Shown one piece after another: positions 7,772-15,018 of a stretch of 30,067 bases of DNA. This stretch comes from Dehalococcoidia bacterium (GTDB lineage Bacteria > Chloroflexota > Dehalococcoidia > Lucifugimonadales > UBA3495): assembly GCA_030740155.1 (NCBI GenBank), contig JASLXV010000048.1, forward strand, positions 1-30,067. Reading direction: 5' to 3'. Every line of letters starts with the position of its first letter. Positions within the stretch are counted from its first letter, which is position 1. A program made the position numbers and the translations under genes. Below the pieces are notes generated by a model that had not been told where the DNA came from, made no database searches, and saw only the letters and a program-made list of their open reading frames with translations.

Positions 7772-10336
7772 ATGAAATTAGCAGAAGTAGCACCGCAACC
7801 TGGGCAACCGGAAGAGGACGTATGGGTGCCCTCCGCCTGCGGCATGTGCTATTCCCAATGCGGGATCAAAGTCCACAGGGTCAACGGGGTGGTAGTCAAG
7901 ATCGAAGGCAATCCTGACTTTCCCCACAACTGGGGCCGGTTGTGTGCCAAGGGCCATGCCGCAATCATGAGCCTCTACGACCCCAGCCGGGTCCGGACTC
8001 CTTTGAAGCGGACCAACCCGGAGAAAGGCATAGGGGTCGACCCCAAGTGGGTGGAGATAGGCTGGGATGAGGCCATCGACCTTGTCGCCGACAAGCTGAG
8101 GAAGACCAGGGCGGATAATCCCGACAAGCTGGCCATGGCCACTTTTGATATCCAGGGCTTGCGCTTCGCTGGTTGCTGGATGGGGGCCTTCGGCAGCACC
8201 AACGAGAATTGGATCTCCGCCAACTACTTCTGTGGCGCGGGACTCCACCTGGCCACGTATCTCACCAACGCTTCCTTTCACATGTCCGTGGACCTCTCTC
8301 ATTGTAACTACTGCCTCCTCATCGGGAGCCAGCACGGGTTCGGAGTGGGTCACTCGCCCAACTTGACCACCCAGAAGATGGCCGACGCCAGGATCCGAGG
8401 GATGCGGGTGGTGTCGGTTGATCCCGTGTGCTCTAACGCGGCCAGTAAGGCCGATGAATGGGTCCCCATCAGGCCGGGCACCGACGGGGCCCTGGCTCTG
8501 TCAATTCTGAATGTAATGCTGAATGAACTGGGCATCTATGATGCGGAGTTCATCAAGAACAAAACCAACGGCCCCTACCTGGTTGGCCCTGATGGGCTCT
8601 ACATTCGGGACGAGGAGAGCCGGCGCCCCCTGGTCTGGGACTCTTCCGCCGGGACCGCTAGGCCCTATGATTCGGCTGACGTGCCCGACATGGCGATTGA
8701 AGGGGTCTACACGGTCCAGGGCAAAACATGCCATCCTGCCTTCCAGCGATTGAAGGAACACGTCAAGGGCTATAGCCCGGAAACGGTCTCCGAGATAACC
8801 ACGGTCCCCGCCGAAACGATTCGGCGGATAGCTAAAGAGTATGGCGAGGCCGCTAAGATCGGCTCCACCATCATGATAGGCGGAGAGGAGCTTCCCTACC
8901 GGCCGGCGGCGGTCCACATGTACCGGGGCGCTTACAGCCATAAGCATTCGGCTGCTCACTCCATGGCGATTCAGCTTCTGAACATCGTGGTGGGGAATAT
9001 CTACGCACCCGGGGGGCACGGCGGTCCGAATCCCGTTGGGCCCTGGTGGGAGCCGGGGGAAGGAGTGGATGGGCTGCTGGTCGCCTCCCCTAAGACGCAG
9101 GTGGGAGTGCCGCCATATGAATTTCTGGCCACCATTCCCGAGCCTCCGAAGGCCCCCCACCTCGGGTCCCTTTTCCCCCTGGCCTACGCGAGAGGGGACG
9201 TCGCCCTCCAGCTAGGCACCACCGACCACGAGAAATATGGCGTCCCGGCGCCGGATGTCCTGATCCATTGCCGCACCAACATGATGATGACCACCGTGGC
9301 GCCGGAGCGGATGGCCCAGGCGTTGAAAAATATTGCCTTCCAGGTTTCCTTTGCCCGGGAGATCGACGAGACGGTCCAATTTGCCGATGTAGTTCTGCCC
9401 GATCTTCACTTCCTGGAAAAGCTGGACCCGGTCCCCAACGACATCGTCGCCCGGCAGAGCCCCGGCAGCGGCTATTGGTATCTCGGAATACGCCAACCGG
9501 TGGTGAAGCCGCCATTCACCGGATTCCACTGGCTGGATGTGCTTGCGGAGCTTGCGGAGCGGGCGGGGTTCCTGGAAGACTATAACTTCATGCTGATGGC
9601 CGCCCTCTCCTCTCGGACCCCCACAAAGCTGGAACCCCTACGGAAATACAGTCTCGAAGAGTTGAGCGACATCTGGCTCAAGGCGCTGTCCGGAGATGAG
9701 AACAAGGGGCTGCCCTGGTTCCAAGAGAACGCGATGCTTACCACCAAGCGGACGGTGCGGGAGGTCTATCCGCAGACTGCTTTCAAGTACCGGATACCCC
9801 TCTACTACGAGCACTTTCTCAAGGCAAGAGACTACGTGGAAGAGGTGGCCCGACAGATGGGGCTTGACTGGGATACCTCCGACTATCAGGTCCTGCCCGA
9901 GTGGAAGCCCTGCCTCGCTTTCGAGCCCACCGAACAGCATGACCTGCTGGTGGTCAGCTATACTATCCCGTTCCACCAGTACTCTATCAGCGCGCAAAAC
10001 CCGTGGCTGAATGAGATCAGTGAGCACCATCCCTATGCCTACAACATCATGGTGAACACCGAGACCGCCCGCCGGCGGGGGATCAAGGATGGGGCCAACA
10101 TCACTGTGGAGACGATGGCGGGGCGCAAGGTGACCGGCAAGGTCAAGGTGACTCAATGTGTTCATCCTGAGGTGGTGGCGATCGGCGGTATCTTTGGGGC
10201 GTGGGCCGACGGTAAGCCGATCGCCAAGGGCAAGGGAGTTCATTTCAATAGCCTGCTCCCCTTTGATCTGGAACACATCGACATGATTTCCACCTCAGCG
10301 GATGCCTGCGAGCGGGTGAGAATCTACCCCGCATAG
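7772..10336 (+). CDS. Molybdopterin oxidoreductase catalytic subunit (DMSO reductase superfamily, PadB-like), no Tat leader
   Basis: N-terminal FS0 motif CGMCYSQC...IEGNP...GRLCAKG, PLKRTNPEKG, ADEWVPIRPGTDGA, ADVVLPD and a C-terminal MGD-binding domain. Confidence 0.92.
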   Translation: MKLAEVAPQPGQPEEDVWVPSACGMCYSQCGIKVHRVNGVVVKIEGNPDFPHNWGRLCAKGHAAIMSLYDPSRVRTPLKRTNPEKGIGVDPKWVEIGWDEAIDLVADKLRKTRADNPDKLAMATFDIQGLRFAGCWMGAFGSTNENWISANYFCGAGLHLATYLTNASFHMSVDLSHCNYCLLIGSQHGFGVGHSPNLTTQKMADARIRGMRVVSVDPVCSNAASKADEWVPIRPGTDGALALSILNVMLNELGIYDAEFIKNKTNGPYLVGPDGLYIRDEESRRPLVWDSSAGTARPYDSADVPDMAIEGVYTVQGKTCHPAFQRLKEHVKGYSPETVSEITTVPAETIRRIAKEYGEAAKIGSTIMIGGEELPYRPAAVHMYRGAYSHKHSAAHSMAIQLLNIVVGNIYAPGGHGGPNPVGPWWEPGEGVDGLLVASPKTQVGVPPYEFLATIPEPPKAPHLGSLFPLAYARGDVALQLGTTDHEKYGVPAPDVLIHCRTNMMMTTVAPERMAQALKNIAFQVSFAREIDETVQFADVVLPDLHFLEKLDPVPNDIVARQSPGSGYWYLGIRQPVVKPPFTGFHWLDVLAELAERAGFLEDYNFMLMAALSSRTPTKLEPLRKYSLEELSDIWLKALSGDENKGLPWFQENAMLTTKRTVREVYPQTAFKYRIPLYYEHFLKARDYVEEVARQMGLDWDTSDYQVLPEWKPCLAFEPTEQHDLLVVSYTIPFHQYSISAQNPWLNEISEHHPYAYNIMVNTETARRRGIKDGANITVETMAGRKVTGKVKVTQCVHPEVVAIGGIFGAWADGKPIAKGKGVHFNSLLPFDLEHIDMISTSADACERVRIYPA

Positions 10337-10420
10337 CCCTTGAATGCCGGACCATCTCCGGTGGAAACCCGTGGCCGCTGCCTGGGCCATGCCTTGGCAA
10401 GAAGACAGAAGGAGTTAGAC

Positions 10421-11023
10421 ATGGTGCGTTGGGCCATGGCCGTGGACCTGAAACGGTGCATCGGGTGCAACGCCTGCGCGGTTGCCTGCAAGTCGGAGAA
10501 CGGCACCCCGCCGGGGGTGTTCTGGAAGCGGGTGCTCGATACCGAGGTTGGGACCTACCCCTTTGCCCAACGAGAGTTCGTGCCGCTCGGCTGCAATCAC
10601 TGCGGAAACCCGCCATGCGAGACCATCTGCCCCACCGGCGCCACTTACAAACGGCCGGACGGGATAGTGATGGTGGACTACGACAGATGCATCGGCTGCG
10701 GGGCCTGCATCATCGCCTGCCCCTACCAGGTGCGCTTCGTCTGGGAAACAAAGGGGGGCTACTTCGGGGAAGAACTCACCCCCTTCGAAGAGGTGAAATA
10801 CGCCGAGTTCCGGCGCGGCACCGTCCAGAAGTGCAACTTTTGCTACACCCGCCTGGAGCGGGGACTGGCGCCGGCTTGTGTGGAGAGTTGCATCGCCCGT
10901 GCCCTAAATTACGGAGACCTGGACGACCCGGAGAGCCCTCTACATCGGGTTCTCCGGGAACGCAACTCTTACCGGCCCCGGGAGGAACTGGGTACCGAAC
11001 CGGGCCTTTACTACCTCACATAA
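10421..11023 (+). CDS. 4Fe-4S dicluster electron-transfer subunit (DmsB/NrfC/PadC-like)
   Basis: DLKRCIGCNACAVAC, CNHCGNPPCETICP, CIGCGACIIACPY and KCNFC...PACVESC. ATG at 10421 follows AGGAG. Confidence 0.95.
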   Translation: MVRWAMAVDLKRCIGCNACAVACKSENGTPPGVFWKRVLDTEVGTYPFAQREFVPLGCNHCGNPPCETICPTGATYKRPDGIVMVDYDRCIGCGACIIACPYQVRFVWETKGGYFGEELTPFEEVKYAEFRRGTVQKCNFCYTRLERGLAPACVESCIARALNYGDLDDPESPLHRVLRERNSYRPREELGTEPGLYYLT

Positions 11024-11036
11024 CCCAGGGGGGGCT

Positions 11037-11954
11037 TTGGCACAATCAACAGAGCTATTTGTCCGGGATTTGCGGCCCCAACGGGCATGGGGTGCGTCGG
11101 TGGCTTTGGACCTCTTCCTGGAAGGGGCGGGGGCCGGACTCTTCTTTTTGGCGGTGATGTTGCACCGCTACGGGTTCATTGCTGACACGCCGGCCGACGT
11201 GGGAGCATGGGCAGGGCTGGTGGCGGCCGGGGCGGGCACCCTTTTCCTCTTCGCTCACCTGGGCGTTCGCCGGCGCTTTCTGAACGTGTTTCGCCGGCCT
11301 CGGACCAGTTGGATGAGCCGAGGGGCGTACATTGTGACGGTGTTCGGTATTTTCGGCTTCGTCGCTTTACTGCCTTCGATTCCGGGGCTTGAAGGGCTAC
11401 CTTGGGAAGAAGGAACGGCGGCGGGCACCATCCTCCGATCGTTGGCCCTGGTTTTTGCGATGTTGTTGATGGCCTACACTGGGCTTGTCCTTTCGTCGTG
11501 GCCGTCGATACCCTTCTGGAACACACCCCTTCTGCCTCTGTTGTTTATCGCCAACTCCTTGCTGGCGGGAGGCGCCGTGCTTCTCATGCTGGGGGCAATA
11601 GTAGAGGCTGACGAGATTACTTCCAGGTTAAAGGTGTTAACGCTGGCCTTATCGGTGGGGAATGGCTTCGGGCTTCTGTTCTACCTGATGGTCATGGCTT
11701 CGGCCACGGCGCCGGCGAGGGAGTCGGTGCGCCGGTTGCTGCGGGGAGAACAGCGGTGGGCCTTCCTGCTGGGCTTAGTAGGGATCGGGATCCTCCTTCC
11801 CGTGCTGTTCCTCGCTCTGGAGACGGGCGGCCTGCTCGGGTCGGGCACAGCGGAGATAGTGATCCTAGTGCTAGGTGGATTGGCTGTCCTGACCGGGGGA
11901 GTCGTCCTCCGGGATGTCTTCTTGCGGGTGGGGGTGTATGGATACCCAGTCTAG
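11037..11954 (+). CDS. NrfD/PsrC/PadD-like membrane anchor subunit
   Basis: About 8 hydrophobic segments; HLG...R, SWMSRG, YTG.VL and IPFWNTPLLP motifs. Confidence 0.9.
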   Translation: MAQSTELFVRDLRPQRAWGASVALDLFLEGAGAGLFFLAVMLHRYGFIADTPADVGAWAGLVAAGAGTLFLFAHLGVRRRFLNVFRRPRTSWMSRGAYIVTVFGIFGFVALLPSIPGLEGLPWEEGTAAGTILRSLALVFAMLLMAYTGLVLSSWPSIPFWNTPLLPLLFIANSLLAGGAVLLMLGAIVEADEITSRLKVLTLALSVGNGFGLLFYLMVMASATAPARESVRRLLRGEQRWAFLLGLVGIGILLPVLFLALETGGLLGSGTAEIVILVLGGLAVLTGGVVLRDVFLRVGVYGYPV

Positions 11955-12000
11955 AAACGCCGCCGCGCCCCGGCCGGGCAGCGGAGGGGAGCCCGAGCCG

Positions 12001-12294
12001 GTGGTGGCCGTGAAGGCAGTGATGATGGGTGAACTCCGGCAGATTACCGGCAAGCGGGAGTGGGAAGTGGAGCTTCCCCAAGGGAGCACCGTGCAGACGC
12101 TGTTGGAGAAGCTCTCGGTCCTGTGCGGGGAAGGCTTCGCGCGGCGGGTGCTGACCCGGGATGGAATGCCCCCCCAGCACATGGCGATGTTTGTGGATGG
12201 CGTGCATATACAGACCCTCGCGGGCACCGAAACGGTCCTTCCCGGCGGGCAGGTCGAGCTGCTCATCTTGCACGTGTTCGACGGAGGGGCCTAG
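12001..12294 (+). CDS. MoaD/ThiS/SAMP-family ubiquitin-like protein (ends DGGA)
   Basis: Beta-grasp pattern (ELRQITGKREWEV, FVDGVHI..L.G.ET.L..G.VELLIL..FDGG). The start is probably the GTG at 12001 or 12010 after GGAGGGG. Confidence 0.85.
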   Translation: MVAVKAVMMGELRQITGKREWEVELPQGSTVQTLLEKLSVLCGEGFARRVLTRDGMPPQHMAMFVDGVHIQTLAGTETVLPGGQVELLILHVFDGGA

Positions 12295-12461
12295 GCCCAG
12301 TCTTGCTTCACCTCCACCCCGGCGCCGGCCGCGACGCCCAGGCCAGCTCCCCTGGCGATGCCCGTCGCACCTGAAGCCCCGGCATCCACCCGTACCACTG
12401 CCCCCATGCTTCTTTATGGTTATCCGGTAGAGCTGATTTCCTCCGGCGGTACGGGTTTTCC

Positions 12462-12483
12462 CCGTTCGTGGTGGGCTCGTCGA
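12462..12483 (+). repeat. REP-like half element (CCGTTCGTGGTGAGC type)
   Basis: CCGTTCGTGGTGGGCTCGTCGA is similar to the reverse complement of the 3' arm at 19227-19253. Confidence 0.5.
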
Positions 12484-12512
12484 GTTACGGCAGCTGAAGA
12501 TCGGATAGGCTC

Positions 12513-13364
12513 CTAGTGAAACAACACCCCTCCGTTGACGTTGTAGGCTTGGCCGGTGATGAAAGAGGCTTCCTCTCCGGCCAGGAAAGCCACCACGTTG
12601 GCCACGTCCTCCGCCTCGGCGATCCGGCCCAGAGGCGTCGCGTTGCCCGCTTTCTCCACCACCTGCGCCCGGAACTCCTCCAGGGTGACCCCTTGCTGTT
12701 CCGCCCGGTCCCGTTCATCGTAGCTGAGCCGGTCGGTGTTGATCGGTCCGGGGCACACCGAATTCACCGTAATGCGGTGGGGGGCCAGGTCCAGGGCGGA
12801 GGCCTGGGTAAGTCCGATGACGGCGAACTTGGACGATGAGTAGGCGGCCCCCAGGGCACTGGCCGTTTTGGCGGCGCGGGAAGCGATGTTGATGATCCGG
12901 CCGCCGGTGCCCTGGCGCACCATCTGCCGGCCCGCCAGCTTGGTGCAGAGGAAGACCGCCGTGGTGTTGACGGCCAGGAAGTGGTCCCAGACCTCCTGGG
13001 ATAGCTCAGTAACCGGGACCCGGTCCCGCCCGATTATCGCCCGGGCGTTGTTGATCAGGATATCCAGGTGGCCGAAGTGGTCCACCGCCTGGCCGACCAT
13101 CGCCTCGATCTGGGAGGCGATCTTCAAATCACAGTACACCGGCAGGCACCGCCGGCCGAGGGCCGCTACTTCATGAGCCACGGTGTCGATGCCGCGCCAT
13201 CCCGCCGTCACTTCTCCCGGTGGCAGGTCCTCGGTCTCCCGGTGCACGTCGGTCAATGCGACGTCGGCGCCCAGGCTGGCCAGCTTCAGCGCCGTGGCGC
13301 GTCCGACCCCCCTCATACCCCCGGCCCCAGTAACCAGGGCAACTTTACCCTCCAGTCCCGGCAT
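12513..13364 (-). CDS. Short-chain dehydrogenase/reductase
   Basis: TGAGGMRGVG, LINNA, YSSSK catalytic motif and FITGQAYNVNGG. ATG at 13364 follows AGGAGG. Confidence 0.95.
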   Translation of the reverse strand: MPGLEGKVALVTGAGGMRGVGRATALKLASLGADVALTDVHRETEDLPPGEVTAGWRGIDTVAHEVAALGRRCLPVYCDLKIASQIEAMVGQAVDHFGHLDILINNARAIIGRDRVPVTELSQEVWDHFLAVNTTAVFLCTKLAGRQMVRQGTGGRIINIASRAAKTASALGAAYSSSKFAVIGLTQASALDLAPHRITVNSVCPGPINTDRLSYDERDRAEQQGVTLEEFRAQVVEKAGNATPLGRIAEAEDVANVVAFLAGEEASFITGQAYNVNGGVLFH

Positions 13365-13509
13365 CAGATACCTCCTCGTTGTCGGCGGCGGTCTCCCGTT
13401 GTGGCGTCGTGGCGTGACCGGCCGCCAGGTGTTCGGGAGCCGGTTTTCATGTGATAGTATTTTCCCTGTAGACAACCACTGGAATCAAGTGGAGGGAGGT
13501 AATTGACCC

Positions 13510-14388
13510 ATGACGACGGTAGGCACCGGGAAATACTCGTACCGGCTCATCAAGGACTGGGCCAAGCTGCCCGCGGGGCAGACCTTCGGCCAGACCAGCG
13601 CCATTGCCACTGACTCTCAGGATCGGGTCTACCTCTTCCAGCGCAAGGACCCGCCGGTGGTGATTTTCGACCGGGAGGGCAACTTCATCGGCTCCTGGGG
13701 TGACGGCAACTTCGTCAGCCCCCATGGTTTCAACATCACCGACGATGTGGTCTACCTCACCGACCGGGAAGGCTCGGTGGCGATGAAGTACACCCTGGAC
13801 GGCAAGCCGCTTCAGATACTCGGCACCCATGGCTTCTACTCGGACACCGGCTGCGAGGTCGCCGGCGAGGTGGCGCCCCGGGCCGCCGGGCCCTTTAATT
13901 TTCCGACCGAGGTTGTCCCAGCCGCTTCGGGGGACCTCTACGTCTCCGATGGCTACCGCAACGCCCGGGTGCACCGCTTCTCCGGCGACGGCAGCCTCAT
14001 CTCTTCCTGGGGCGAGCCCGGCAAAGGAGGCCCCAACCAGTTCCACCTGCCGCACAGCCTGGTGGTAGGCCGGGACGGCCGGGTCTACCTGTGCGACCGG
14101 GAGAACAGCCGCGTTCAGGTCTTCTCCGCCGACGGCCAGTACATCACGATGTGGACCGATATGCAACGCCCCCTGGACATCTCTCAGGATAAAGAGGGCA
14201 TGTTCTACATCAGCGAGCGCCCCGAAGACGGCAAGCCGGCCCAGATAAGCGTGCTGGACGGCGAGGGAAGGGTGCTGGCTCGCTGGCCCTCCCGTTCGGC
14301 CCATGGCTCGTGGGTGGACGCTCACGGAGACATCTACCTGGCCCTGGGCTCGGAGAAGAGCGTAGACAAGTACGTGCGGGTGGGTTAG
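13510..14388 (+). CDS. NHL-repeat beta-propeller protein (peptidyl-alpha-hydroxyglycine lyase-like)
   Basis: Repeated SWG...F..PH, GDLYVSDGYRNARVHRF and VYLCDRENSRVQVF; GGAGG RBS. Confidence 0.9.
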   Translation: MTTVGTGKYSYRLIKDWAKLPAGQTFGQTSAIATDSQDRVYLFQRKDPPVVIFDREGNFIGSWGDGNFVSPHGFNITDDVVYLTDREGSVAMKYTLDGKPLQILGTHGFYSDTGCEVAGEVAPRAAGPFNFPTEVVPAASGDLYVSDGYRNARVHRFSGDGSLISSWGEPGKGGPNQFHLPHSLVVGRDGRVYLCDRENSRVQVFSADGQYITMWTDMQRPLDISQDKEGMFYISERPEDGKPAQISVLDGEGRVLARWPSRSAHGSWVDAHGDIYLALGSEKSVDKYVRVG

Positions 14389-14402
14389 GCTAGGCCAGCC
14401 CC

Positions 14403-14684
14403 TTGATCGTTGCTTCGGTCAGTTCTGACAACATGTCGGACCCCCTGACCTGGCAATCGGGGGATGACCAACGGCTCGTGTCGACCACCGCGACAACCGG
14501 GTGGGAGCAGCTGGCCCCGGACCTGTTGCGCTTCCAGTCGCACCAGGGAGTCAAGTTTCACAACGGCGAGGCGTGGAATGCTTTGGCGGCCCTGCCGGAA
14601 CTCTATGCGGTCAATCCCAAGCTGGTACGGGAGCCCCGTTTCGATCGCCGGGTCCGGATCAACGACATGTTCTCCAGACAGTAG
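14403..14684 (+). pseudogene. Relic of an ABC family-5 (peptide/nickel) substrate-binding protein with a large internal deletion
   Basis: The SBP5 N-terminal motif (WEQLAPD..RF..HQGVKFHNGEAWNA) is fused directly to what looks like the extreme C-terminus (YAVNPKL..EPRFDRRVRINDM). Confidence 0.7.
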
Positions 14685-14841
14685 CTCTCATTCTACCTGC
14701 CTAATGACGACACGCCCCGGCCCAGGTGACCCTTCGGTACGTCTTCCCCAACCGTCCCGCCACAAACCATACTGGAACGGCAGCAGTTTGCTCATTACCA
14801 TGACACTGCGAATTCTGCGCCGGATACGTCCCGCTGCGCGA

Positions 14842-14870
14842 TTGACGGCGTGAAAACAAACTACTACAAT
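14842..14870 (+). promoter_or_regulatory. Near-consensus sigma70 promoter for the cohesin-dockerin operon
   Basis: TTGACG-N17-TACAAT. Confidence 0.7.
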
Positions 14871-15018
14871 ATCTGGTGGTGCGAATGAGGCTGACTACCT
14901 GTAAAGGTAGGTCGTTGTTCGATCCATGAATTTAGCTGGGCCCCGGGACTACCGGGGGAGTTCTTACCGTCTGTAACGGCCATGCCTGAGGCCGGTGGCG
15001 ATGGAGGGGAAGGCGGAG

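Noticed and set aside
10340..10420. N-terminal extension or Tat-like ARR on the Fe-S subunit
   Set aside because: No hydrophobic region follows, and the AGGAG RBS supports the ATG at 10421.
14885..14960. c-di-GMP-I riboswitch
   Set aside because: A GNRA hairpin is present, but the flanking GYAAA and GACGCAAA motifs are absent.
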